DNA from: a candidate division WOR-3 bacterium
Lineage (GTDB): Bacteria; Hydrothermota; Tepidihabitantia; Tepidihabitantales; Tepidihabitantaceae
Assembly (NCBI GenBank): GCA_965648905.1
Contig: CBFGIT010000019.1
Coordinates: 1 to 51,564 of the forward strand
Length of the DNA: 51,564 nt
Direction of reading: 5' to 3'
Shown: positions 19,601 through 27,890 of the stretch, piece by piece
Position numbering within the stretch: position 1 is the stretch's first letter
Layout: the number at the start of each line of letters is the position of its first letter
Position numbers and translations under genes: made by a program
Notes under the pieces: generated by a model
The model's database searches: none
Seen by the model: only the letters and a program-made list of their open reading frames with translations
What the model was told of the DNA's origin: nothing

Positions 19601-22272
19601 CCCTGGCCGGCTATCAGACGGACACGGTCGAGTTCCAGGACTGGAACGCCACCGCGCTCGGGTTACGGCGCGAGTCTTGTTTCACGCGTCTCGCAACCGA
19701 CGGCAACCGGGCAAACGACACGGCCCGGGCCACGGTCTGGGTGCGGGGACGGGACGTGGGCATCACCGCGATTCTCTCACCGCCCGACTCGGCCGACCTG
19801 GGCGGAGTCTACACCCCGCAGGCTGTGGTGCGAAACTATCGCAATGTGGCTGTGCCGGTTGTGCCGGTGCGGATGTACATCGGCATGGGGTACAACAACA
19901 TCGTCAATGTCGCCCTGAGCCCGAACCAGATTGACACGGTTGACTTCCCGAACTGGAACGCCGCGGCGCTCGGGGCTTTCACCGTGCGCTGCACCCTGGC
20001 AGTACCGGGCGACAGTTTCCTGCCCAACGATACGATGAGCAAGGTCACGATTGTGCGTGGGCCGGACGTGGGCGCGTTCCGCCTGCTGGCGCCGGCTGGA
20101 ACCTATGTGCCCGGTGCGGTTGTCACACCCCGGGCACGAGTGCGCAACTACCGGAGTGTAGCCCAGCCTTCAGTACCGGTCAGGATGCGCATCGGCGCAG
20201 GGTACCAGCGCGACACCACGGTTGCGCTACCGGCTTTTGACTCGGTCGAAATCGCCTTCGCTAACTGGACTGCGAATCCGCCGGGCATGCATATCGCCAA
20301 GTGCTCGACACGGCTTTTCAGCGACGTCTATCCGCCGAACGATGCGGTCGAATGCACCGTGTTCGTCGCGAGTCGCGACGTGGCCTGTACGCGCATCGTC
20401 GCACCGCTGGGCACAGTCGACTCGGGTGCGACCGTTACGCCTCAGGCCTGGCTTCGCAATTACGGTAATACCGGCGAGGTGTTCGACTGCCGGATGCTCA
20501 TCGGCTCGTTCTACGCCGACACGGCAAACGTAGTTCTGGCTGCGGGTGACAGCGTTCTTCGTTCGTTCCGGCCCGTAACTTTGAGTCTGCTCGGCCAGTG
20601 GGCGGTTAACTGCTCGACCATGCTCGGGGCAGACCTCGTGCCGTCGAATGACCGGGCAATTGACTCGGTGCTGGTCCGGGTCTTTGACGTTGTGGCCCGG
20701 ACCATCGTCGCACCGGTCGATACGGTTGACTCTGGTACTGTGGTCGTGCCGCGACTGCGCGTGGCCAATCTCGGCAGCACGGCCCAGACTTTCTGGACCC
20801 ATTTTCTGTTCCAGCCTGGAGCCGGGCCCGTGTTCTATCGTGATTCGCTGCGTGTGACGCTGGCGGCTAGGGCTGAGTCGGTTCTGACCTTTGGGCCGAG
20901 CCAGCCGGTGAACCAGTTCGGGACCTGGCGTACCCTAGGCTGGTGTGCAGCCGGAGACCCGTATCCGCAGAACGACACCGCGCGCGGCCAGTTCTTCGTA
21001 CCGGGCCGGGGCGGCATTAGCTGGCCTCACGGCTGGCACGAGGTCGCTTCGATGCCGCTGCCGCCGAGCCAGCGCATGATTCGGGACGGCGGAGCCTTGA
21101 CCGTGATGGAGGATTCGCTGGTCGGACTGATTTATGCGACCAAAGGCAACAAGAGCGCGGACTTCTATTCCTACAACTGCATCGCCAATAGCTGGGCAAC
21201 GCTAACACAGATTCCTACTGGTCGCGAGGGCAAGCTGACCGGCAAAGGTACCCAACTGTGCGCGGACGCGGCCGGCCATGTCTACATGACCAAGGGGAAC
21301 AACACACTCGGGTTCTGGCGCTACAGTGTGGCTGATTCGTCCTGGACTCAGCTTGCCGACGTGCCGCTCGGGACAACCCGCAAGAAGGTTAAGGGCGGGA
21401 CCGACATGGCCTACGTCGTCAAGAACGACGTCGGCTACGTCTACCTGCTGAAAGGCGACCGGAACGAGTTCCACCGATACAACACCGCAACTGACTCCTG
21501 GCAGACCATGGCCCCGGCTCCGGGTATAAGAATCAAGTGGGCCAAGGGGTCCTTCCTGGTGTATGACCATGAGCATACTATCTACGCGCACAAGGCCGGG
21601 TACAATGAGCTCTGGAGCTATGACACCGACCGCGATACCTGGGGCCCGCAACTGACCGGGATGCCGCTCTACGGCCAACTGGGCCGGAAGAAGAAGTCGA
21701 AGGACGGCGGAGCCGGAGCATGGTACCTGGACGGGTTCTACGCGTTCAAGGGTGGCAATACCCAGGAGTTCTGGCAGTACGTTCCTGCCCGCGATAGCTG
21801 GTTCGAGTCGGATACGATTCCCGCAGTCGGCTCGTCCGGCCGGAAGAAGAAGGTGAAGAACGGCGGCGACCTGGTCTACAATGCCTTGGCGTTCTGGGGA
21901 CTGAAAGGGAACAAGACCCTGGAGCTCTGGCGCTATGGCATACTTGAGACTTCGGCTCGGGTGCTGGACCGACGGCCTGACCCGGGTGGAGTCTGGTCGT
22001 CGCCGGCAGCGCTCCGCTCTTCTGGGAACGCGATTGTCCCGAACCCCCTGTCAGACGGCATGGCCGTGCTGCGGCTCGACCGCGGACTGGCCCGCAGTCC
22101 GGTGACGGTGCGTGTGTTCGATGCGACCGGCCGGCTAGTTCAGTGTTCAGCATTCAGCACTCAGCGCGCTGCGGTTCTGCTTGACCTTCGGCAGTTGCGC
22201 GAGGGTGTGTATCTGGTTCAGGTTGAAGCGGGCGGCGCAGTCGTGCTGCAGAGCAAGCTGGTCCGACACTGA
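16627..22272 (+). CDS. large secreted protein: beta-propeller, 9 Ig/CARDB-like repeats, Kelch-like propeller, T9SS-like CTD
   Basis: GGAGG SD; signal peptide ending ALAVA-Q; nine ~103-aa repeats starting xD(V/C); CTD PNP...VFDATGR...LREGVY...KLVRH. Confidence 0.88.
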   Translation: MRASIVLTAVLLLVPALAVAQPSVPLDTFWVRHYEGDDTTPGSKCMNMAADIVHDPARHIVYTGGSGEDNYPGKNDMLVAAYLDDGTYLSAFCMGGLSAEDADMVHTVALDENGSVFAGGSTYNVQNRYWDASFFKANWRVGRTPPDSFINFFKSTFPADDYAFDMVLGTRNDVFLCGTNDTLVGIYRGFAFSVTRVSRTSFARVWTMNFVLDTLAFGSQRRHGLDLHPDFWELGEWGQFENCATAIALCPDGNIAVTGFGYSDAYAYEWWTMKLDSAGNVLWQRSFHDTLSRGGDSDDDIALDIAVAANGDIYVCGFTYRDLPGNNDQGDNFTVVRYSSSGELLNARFINIAAVNGDDYAYSICLDDSNPQNVYVAGTVDYGSSLNSQVTVQKFNSTLDSLYWGTSGASWGGSGDDAAYRVVYRNGRVYVAGRRGSGTMGSTSDDILVLCYTAANSTTKDTLWGRFYAHSDGGEDYASAIFVTDSNNIYVGGQCERTGMTSWSSMWTARYGHPYPDVRAVQILAPVGTIPVGSPAIRPIARVQNVGTTTATFQTRISITGPSPAVYDTFLNVRLAPGAYATDTFARSFNPTTVGMHIVRCSTAYDGDMVQTNNLVVDTFYVVSGAADVGVFMITAPTGPLEYGTSVAPACSVRNYSATAIPSVPVRMTLPGYVVDTTVALAANQRIRIVWPNWTAGPPGWDSIISYTYLVGDPVRSNDTARNRVWVRGLDVAVRAVTLPPDSVDAGASVPVQARVRNMRNVAVPAFQVMMRIAGGYFATVNVTGLAPSESLLVDFPNWGPVTPGWAAIKCSLYCAVDTFFPNDTLKDSSYVRGPDVGVSAILAPLDTVDMGAVVTPRAIVRNYRSVAVYGVPVKLNIGAAYADSLTCDLAANGTDTVAFRDWTAAPLGLLRESCYTRMVGDMTRTNDTARAWVFVRAPDCGVSQILAPTGAVEYGAVVTPQAVVRNYRSVGVNVPVKFAIQGGYQDSVTVALAGYQTDTVEFQDWNATALGLRRESCFTRLATDGNRANDTARATVWVRGRDVGITAILSPPDSADLGGVYTPQAVVRNYRNVAVPVVPVRMYIGMGYNNIVNVALSPNQIDTVDFPNWNAAALGAFTVRCTLAVPGDSFLPNDTMSKVTIVRGPDVGAFRLLAPAGTYVPGAVVTPRARVRNYRSVAQPSVPVRMRIGAGYQRDTTVALPAFDSVEIAFANWTANPPGMHIAKCSTRLFSDVYPPNDAVECTVFVASRDVACTRIVAPLGTVDSGATVTPQAWLRNYGNTGEVFDCRMLIGSFYADTANVVLAAGDSVLRSFRPVTLSLLGQWAVNCSTMLGADLVPSNDRAIDSVLVRVFDVVARTIVAPVDTVDSGTVVVPRLRVANLGSTAQTFWTHFLFQPGAGPVFYRDSLRVTLAARAESVLTFGPSQPVNQFGTWRTLGWCAAGDPYPQNDTARGQFFVPGRGGISWPHGWHEVASMPLPPSQRMIRDGGALTVMEDSLVGLIYATKGNKSADFYSYNCIANSWATLTQIPTGREGKLTGKGTQLCADAAGHVYMTKGNNTLGFWRYSVADSSWTQLADVPLGTTRKKVKGGTDMAYVVKNDVGYVYLLKGDRNEFHRYNTATDSWQTMAPAPGIRIKWAKGSFLVYDHEHTIYAHKAGYNELWSYDTDRDTWGPQLTGMPLYGQLGRKKKSKDGGAGAWYLDGFYAFKGGNTQEFWQYVPARDSWFESDTIPAVGSSGRKKKVKNGGDLVYNALAFWGLKGNKTLELWRYGILETSARVLDRRPDPGGVWSSPAALRSSGNAIVPNPLSDGMAVLRLDRGLARSPVTVRVFDATGRLVQCSAFSTQRAAVLLDLRQLREGVYLVQVEAGGAVVLQSKLVRH

Positions 22273-22289
22273 CCGGCCCGGAGTAGTAA

Positions 22290-22321
22290 TCGAGCGGCCG
22301 GGCAATTGCCCGGCCGCTCGA
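22290..22321. terminator. perfect 32-bp palindrome between convergent genes; putative bidirectional terminator
   Basis: TCGAGCGGCCGGGCAATTGCCCGGCCGCTCGA. Confidence 0.7.
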
Positions 22322-22338
22322 CTAGTGTTGAGTTGTAT

Positions 22339-25002
22339 TCAGTCGGTGACAATTAGGCGCGCTGAGGCGCGCTCGCTGTTGCTTGTGGCCCGGACCAAGT
22401 AGACACCCGGCCTCAACGAACCAAGGCTGAGGACGGTTTCGGAGTTCAGACTGCCGAAAGCAGCTTGCTGAACCAGTCGGCCCGCAGGGTCAAAGACCGA
22501 GAGGGTGATGAGTGAGGAGTGATGAGTGATGAGTTGAGGAGTGAGGAGGCGGACATTGACCGCGCCGCTGCGTGCCGGGTTGGGGGAGACGCGGAGTTGC
22601 AGGCGGCCGGATGTCACCGGGGGCTGCGTCGGCTGCTCAACTCCGGGCACGCGTTCGCCAAAGTACTCAAGGATACGCCGGACCAGGGTCCATTTCTGCA
22701 GGTAGCGGCTGGTGGCATGGTCAATCGCCTCAAACGGCACCGAGAAGAAGACCAGCCGATACGAGCCGGAGAAACGGATGATGCCATAGGTAGTTGTGTC
22801 CGGGTGATCCTTGAAGAACGCCGAGCCAAGCGCGCCGCCGAGCGGCCTGATGCCGTCGGTGTGGCGCGCGTTGTTCGCTCCGCCGGCGCCGGCAAGGACG
22901 ATAGTCTCGCCCCGGGTTATCGGGTCAGGCCCAAGTCCGACCATGTAGGGCCGGCCAATTGACTCGGAGACGAGCTCGGCGTGGAGATACTCGGTAAGGA
23001 ACGACTGGCCGGCCAGGTCCTGGGCGATGTTCTGGCCCGAGAGCATCAGACTGCGGCCCGAGTTGAGGAACGTGGTCAGGCCGGCGACGTCGGCACTGGT
23101 GAGCGTGGTCGAGTCGTCGTTGCCTGTGAACCAGAACACGACCGGGTAGTGCATCAGGGTCTCGGCTGAAGGGGAGCCGGCGGTCTGCACCGAGTAGAGG
23201 TGATAGAGCACGCCGTTCGAGTCGCAGGCAGCTTTGTAGTACTTCTCGAAGTCCGCGCCCAGGTCGTCGTCGATGATGAGCAGGCGCGGGTCAGAGCACA
23301 TCACGGCAAAGGACGTGTCCGGTCGGAAGACGTCGGGTCTGGCGTGAACCGTAAGCTGGAACTGAAGCATCCGGGGCGGGACTTCAGGAGCAATGGCGAT
23401 GACAAACGAGTCGGCCGAGCAACTGGCGCTCGAGCCGGCCGGGATATCAGGGAATGTAGCCCGCGATCGGGTAATGGTGACGCCACCGGCGTTGCAGGAA
23501 AGGTCGGCATAGACCCCGGTCGCATCGCGCCAGCCCGCGGTGTTGGCATAGGTGACGATGAGCGAGACGGTCTCGCCCGGGTCAGGCCGGCCGTTGCCCG
23601 ATGGCTCGCTGAACCGCCAGTCGGTCAGACGCAGGTCAGCAAGGTAGAGCGGCATCACGACCCGGCTCATGCTGATGCGACCGTGGCCGAGCAGTCCTTG
23701 AGCATACATCGTATCCGGCATCGGCTCGCAGGCCGCGTACAGGGTGCTGCACACCTGGACATTGGTGAAGTGCCGGAACTGGGACCAGATCCACGCGGCC
23801 ACACCGGCAGTGAGCGGCGTGGCCATCGACGTGCCGGACATAGTGGCGTAGCCGAGTTGCGGCACGGTCGAGAAGATGTCGACACCCGGAGCCGTCACTT
23901 CAATCCAGTCGCCGAAGTTGGACCAGTAGGGCCGGAGGTCGTTTCGGTCCGAAGCGGCAACCGAGATGACGTTCTCGTAGTTGGCTGGGTAGAAGGTTCG
24001 GTTCGTGCCGTCGTTGCCGGCTCCACCGCAGAGGATCAGACCTGATTCCCAGGCATACTGACAAGCGTCATTCAGGGGCTGGTACTGGCTGTAGCCGCCA
24101 AAGCTCATCGAGATGACCGAGGCACCAATACTGACCGCGTGGTACATCGCACTGATTGCTGCGCCGAGCACGATCATTCCGCCACCACCGCAGCGGTAGG
24201 CCGGGGCGCGACAGTTCCAGGGCGGGGCCGCGATGCCGGCGCGGTTGTTGGTGGCGGCGTTGGCGATGCCCCAGCAATGCGTGCCGTGTTCGTCAGACGG
24301 AAGATAGGGCCTGGGGTCAGGCACACCTGCGACCATGTCGAACCCGATGACGTCATCGGTGTAACCGTTACCGTCCTGGTCAATACCGTCGAGGTCGCCA
24401 TCTGGCGCGTAGAGCGTGTCGAACTGGTTGTTGCCATTGATGTCCTCAGGATGGTTTATCCAGAGGTTGGGTTCGATGTCGGGATGGAACCACTCGCAGC
24501 CGTCATCCGCGACCGCAACCATGACGGTGGTGTCGCCGTGGCCCTTGGACCAGGCAAAAGGAGCGCCAATCTTGGGCAGGTGCCACTGCCGGCCGTAGAG
24601 TGAGTCGTTCGGGATTTCGTCAACCACGGGCAGGAGAACATTGGGCGTTGCATAGGAGACGAGCGGGCAGGCAGCGAACCGGTGGCACGCCTGGTCAACG
24701 TCCAGTTCTTCGGGAAACTCGACCAGATACTGCAGGTCGCAGTTGTGCTTCAGAGCGGCCGGGCTCGGCTCGGGCTCGCGCATCAAGGGCTGGATACGGC
24801 TGACCTCGCAGTCAGCACAGAGCTGGTCAAGCTCGGCCAGGCCGAACCGGCCGCGGCCCAGAGTCTTGTTCAGGCGGCCCCGTGCTTCAGGTGACAGCCT
24901 GACGATAAGCTGCCCGGCAAGGCGCTTACTGCCGTCAGGACTGGTTACAATAGTGCGGCCGAACGGGCCGGCCAGGAAAATCAGTGCGAGTAGGTAGTTC
25001 AT
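22339..25002 (-). CDS. S8 subtilisin-like serine protease with T9SS-like CTD
   Basis: catalytic triad VAVADDG, HGTH, GTSMA; oxyanion AGND; propeptide; CTD PNP...VFDPAGR...LRPGVY. Confidence 0.92.
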   Translation of the reverse strand: MNYLLALIFLAGPFGRTIVTSPDGSKRLAGQLIVRLSPEARGRLNKTLGRGRFGLAELDQLCADCEVSRIQPLMREPEPSPAALKHNCDLQYLVEFPEELDVDQACHRFAACPLVSYATPNVLLPVVDEIPNDSLYGRQWHLPKIGAPFAWSKGHGDTTVMVAVADDGCEWFHPDIEPNLWINHPEDINGNNQFDTLYAPDGDLDGIDQDGNGYTDDVIGFDMVAGVPDPRPYLPSDEHGTHCWGIANAATNNRAGIAAPPWNCRAPAYRCGGGGMIVLGAAISAMYHAVSIGASVISMSFGGYSQYQPLNDACQYAWESGLILCGGAGNDGTNRTFYPANYENVISVAASDRNDLRPYWSNFGDWIEVTAPGVDIFSTVPQLGYATMSGTSMATPLTAGVAAWIWSQFRHFTNVQVCSTLYAACEPMPDTMYAQGLLGHGRISMSRVVMPLYLADLRLTDWRFSEPSGNGRPDPGETVSLIVTYANTAGWRDATGVYADLSCNAGGVTITRSRATFPDIPAGSSASCSADSFVIAIAPEVPPRMLQFQLTVHARPDVFRPDTSFAVMCSDPRLLIIDDDLGADFEKYYKAACDSNGVLYHLYSVQTAGSPSAETLMHYPVVFWFTGNDDSTTLTSADVAGLTTFLNSGRSLMLSGQNIAQDLAGQSFLTEYLHAELVSESIGRPYMVGLGPDPITRGETIVLAGAGGANNARHTDGIRPLGGALGSAFFKDHPDTTTYGIIRFSGSYRLVFFSVPFEAIDHATSRYLQKWTLVRRILEYFGERVPGVEQPTQPPVTSGRLQLRVSPNPARSGAVNVRLLTPQLITHHSSLITLSVFDPAGRLVQQAAFGSLNSETVLSLGSLRPGVYLVRATSNSERASARLIVTD

Positions 25003-25043
25003 TCAGTCTCCGTAGGTTGGGGGTTGAAATCACAACAGAGGAG

Positions 25044-25071
25044 AGTATCCTGAGCCAGCGTTATGTGTCAA
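25044..25071 (-). promoter_or_regulatory. sigma70-type promoter of the S8 protease
   Basis: minus strand TTGACA-16 bp-GATACT. Confidence 0.5.
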
Positions 25072-25105
25072 TTACGACCTTGCCCGGATGTGTCTTGTGG
25101 GTAGA

Positions 25106-25134
25106 GGCAACCGGAAGCCGCCGCGACCGTCTAA
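25106..25134 (+). promoter_or_regulatory. putative ECF-sigma autoregulatory promoter
   Basis: GGCAAC-16 bp-CGTCTAA, matching the general ECF AAC/CGT(C) pattern, just upstream of the ECF gene. Confidence 0.55.
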
Positions 25135-25150
25135 ACAAGACGATAACCAG

Positions 25151-25693
25151 ATGAACGCCACTGCCCAACCACGCAAAGCCTTGCCGAGTCAGGCAAGAGT
25201 GCCTGATTTCGAGGAGATATACCGCGAGTTCAAAGGCAAGGTGTTCAGCACCGCGTACCGGATGCTCTCAAACCACGCCGACGCCGAAGACGCGACCCAG
25301 GACGTGTTTGTCAAAGTGTTCAAGAAGCTCGGCTCGTTTCGTGGCGATGCGCAGTTGTCAACGTGGATTTACCGAATTGCGGTCAATACCTGCATCGACT
25401 TCCGGGCCAGGCGCACGAGGAATCAGACCCTGCCACTGGTTGAGGAGGCGGAAAGGGTGTCGGTGCCACTCAGTCTGGGCCGGCTGGTTGAGGGGTTTCT
25501 GCCCAAGCTGCCGCCCGGGTATCGAGAGGTCTTTGTCCTGCACGATATCCAGGGCCTGAAGCATTCTGAGATTGCCCGCGTTCTCGGGATTACCACCGGT
25601 GCGAGCAAGTCGCAGCTTCATCGGGCCCGGGCGTTTCTGCGCCGCGAGCTGGAGCCATTTGTGGACCGGACATACTGGCAGAGGGAGGATTAG
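25151..25693 (+). CDS. ECF-family RNA polymerase sigma factor
   Basis: DAEDATQDVF, FRGDAQLSTWIYRIAVN, LPPGYREVFVLHDIQG, SKSQLHRAR. Confidence 0.93.
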   Translation: MNATAQPRKALPSQARVPDFEEIYREFKGKVFSTAYRMLSNHADAEDATQDVFVKVFKKLGSFRGDAQLSTWIYRIAVNTCIDFRARRTRNQTLPLVEEAERVSVPLSLGRLVEGFLPKLPPGYREVFVLHDIQGLKHSEIARVLGITTGASKSQLHRARAFLRRELEPFVDRTYWQRED

Positions 25694-26251
25694 TTGAGTG
25701 AACACTATGCTGATGAACTTCTGAGCAGTTATCTGGATGGCGACCTGACACCGGCTGAGGCGGGTCGGGTTGCCGAACACGTGGCCGTCTGCCCGGGCTG
25801 CCGACGGGCCCTGGCTCAGGTCAGGGAGATCCGTGATGCGGCCGGAGCTCTGCAACAGCTCGAACCGCCGGAGTGGGTGTGGGCTGCGGTTCAAGAGCGG
25901 CTGGCCCGACGCGGCCGAGTCGAGTGGCCGGCATTGCGGGTGACTCGATGGACCTGGCTGGGAGTGCCTGTGCTTGCGGCTGCAGCTCTGCTCGTGGCTT
26001 TCGTGTGGGGCCGACATCTGGTCGCGGGTCGTGACACCCGCACACAGACCGCTCGAGCTCCGGTCGAGGCCTACGAGGATTCGGTCGAGCTGGTCTGTCG
26101 CAGCTACGTTGCCGGAATCGACCAGGCGATTCGTGAGTGCGAAGCTGCCCTGGCAGAGAATCCGGGCAATGCACGCGTGCGACAGGCCTGGTTCGGGGCA
26201 CGGACCGACCGGGCAAACGCGATGGACCGGCTGGTCTCTTCGGGTGACTGA
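25694..26251 (+). CDS. zf-HC2 (ZAS) transmembrane anti-sigma factor
   Basis: LSSYLDGDL...EHVAVCPGC (HxxxCxxC); single TM; directly follows the sigma gene. Confidence 0.88.
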   Translation: MSEHYADELLSSYLDGDLTPAEAGRVAEHVAVCPGCRRALAQVREIRDAAGALQQLEPPEWVWAAVQERLARRGRVEWPALRVTRWTWLGVPVLAAAALLVAFVWGRHLVAGRDTRTQTARAPVEAYEDSVELVCRSYVAGIDQAIRECEAALAENPGNARVRQAWFGARTDRANAMDRLVSSGD

Positions 26252-27249
26252 TGCTCAGGTCTTGCTGGGTTGCAGTTCTGACGCTGGCCTTGGGCGGCTC
26301 GGCACTGGCTGATTCGCTGGTCTTCATCCGGCCGATACACCGGGTAGTGCGCGGCCAGTTCAAGCGGGTAGCGCTGAACCATCGCTACGGCGACGTCCGT
26401 GTCACGGGCCAGTCGGACAGTGGTCTACTGGTGCTTGACGCGGTCGTGCGTGTTGGTGCGAGTACGGTTGAGGCAGCGCAGGGTTTTGTCGACGCGGTGG
26501 ATTTCGAGTTCCAGTCGGATCAGGGAAGCACGGTCATTACCACCCGGTATCCGCGGCCGGCTCAGCCTGACCCGCGCCTGAGCTACGATGTTCATATCGA
26601 CCTTGCCGTACCCAGCTCAGCCCGGCTTGAGGTTAACAACGCGTTCGGTGACCTGCGGGTTACCGGTGTGGTCGGTAGGTGTGACCTGGTCAACCGGTTC
26701 GGTCAAGTGGAGCTCGAGCACTGCGGGCAGTGCGCGGTGACCGGCAGGTACGGCGACGTGCGGACAAAGCGGGCCCAGGGGCCGGTCCTGGTCGAGAATG
26801 CGTTCGGCAACGTCGTACTCGATGAGGTCTCCGACGTGGCACAGGTGACCAACCAGTACGGCACGGTACAGGCGGTTCGGATGCGCGGGCCGACCAGGAT
26901 TACCAACGTGCTCGGCAGCGTCCGGGCGCGATCAGGTTCAGGCCGAATGGTCATCGAGAACCATCTGGGTGACGTCTCGGCAACGGTCCAGGGCCCGGAA
27001 CTGGATGACCTGCAGATACTGTCCCGGCTGGGACAGGTTGAGCTGAATCTCGCCCGAGGCGTGCCGTTCAGTCTCGGCGGCCGAATCAGGCACGGCCGGA
27101 TTACGCCCCTGGTGCCGCTCAGGGTTGACGACCTGGGTGCGGTCGAATCGGTTTCGGCCCGGGCTGGCGAAGGCGGGCCGCTCATCAGGCTTGACGGGGT
27201 GTTCAGCGATTTCATCATCCGGGGCGACAGCGAGCCCGGAGAGGAGTAG
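26251..27249 (+). CDS. secreted DUF4097-like beta-strand repeat protein
   Basis: signal peptide; repeated N(A/R/Q)(F/Y)GxV motifs; typical of ECF operons. Confidence 0.75.
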   Translation: MLRSCWVAVLTLALGGSALADSLVFIRPIHRVVRGQFKRVALNHRYGDVRVTGQSDSGLLVLDAVVRVGASTVEAAQGFVDAVDFEFQSDQGSTVITTRYPRPAQPDPRLSYDVHIDLAVPSSARLEVNNAFGDLRVTGVVGRCDLVNRFGQVELEHCGQCAVTGRYGDVRTKRAQGPVLVENAFGNVVLDEVSDVAQVTNQYGTVQAVRMRGPTRITNVLGSVRARSGSGRMVIENHLGDVSATVQGPELDDLQILSRLGQVELNLARGVPFSLGGRIRHGRITPLVPLRVDDLGAVESVSARAGEGGPLIRLDGVFSDFIIRGDSEPGEE

Positions 27250-27253
27250 TGTG

Positions 27254-27823
27254 ATGAGAAAAGACCGCGTGGTGCTTGTTCTGGCTCTGCTCATAGCCCT
27301 GGCCGGGGCCGGGCCGGAGAACGACACGACCGGCTCGCACAAGGGCTGGCTTGGCGTCTACACCGAGACCCTGTCCAAGCCGATGCTCGTTGCGCTCGAC
27401 CTTGACCACGGCGTGCTGGTGACCGATGTTGCCGACGGTTCGCCGGCAGCGCGGGCTGGAATCGAGATGGGCGACGTTCTGTTCAGTATCGACCAGACCC
27501 CGCTTGATGAACCGCAGGCCCTGCGTCGGGCCGTGCGCGAGCTGCCGGGCCGCAATGTCGAGATCGTCATCAAGCGCCGCGGCAAGGAGCGAAGGGTCAG
27601 GGCAACCCTGGAGTCGAGAAAGGTCGAAGACAGGCCCGGAGAGTTCGAATGGCGCAGTGCGCCGATCGAGGCGCTGCGCGAGGCGCGCAGAGCATTGAGG
27701 CAGTTCGGACCAGAGAAACGCAGCCGGCTCTATCAGGAGTCAATCGAAGCGCTGCGCAAGGAGATCGAGGGTTTGAGGCGCGAGCTGGACGAACTGCGCG
27801 ACCAGTTGAGGAAGAAGGACTAG
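27254..27823 (+). CDS. exported PDZ-domain protein with C-terminal coiled coil
   Basis: signal peptide; GWLGV, VADGSPAARAGIEMGDV; heptad tail. Confidence 0.85.
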   Translation: MRKDRVVLVLALLIALAGAGPENDTTGSHKGWLGVYTETLSKPMLVALDLDHGVLVTDVADGSPAARAGIEMGDVLFSIDQTPLDEPQALRRAVRELPGRNVEIVIKRRGKERRVRATLESRKVEDRPGEFEWRSAPIEALREARRALRQFGPEKRSRLYQESIEALRKEIEGLRRELDELRDQLRKKD

Positions 27824-27853
27824 GCAAGCTCACATCTCGCCTCCTCAAAGGAC

Positions 27854-27890
27854 GTGGGGGCAGCCCTCGGGTTGCCCCCACCCGATTTCT
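27854..27890 (+). terminator. intrinsic terminator of the ECF operon
   Basis: GTGGGGGCAGCCC-TC-GGGTTGCCCCCAC followed by ccgatttctt. Confidence 0.7.

Noticed and set aside
8791..22272. Diversity-generating retroelement acting on the paralogs
   Set aside because: No reverse transcriptase in the window, and mismatches between the repeat copies are not adenine-specific
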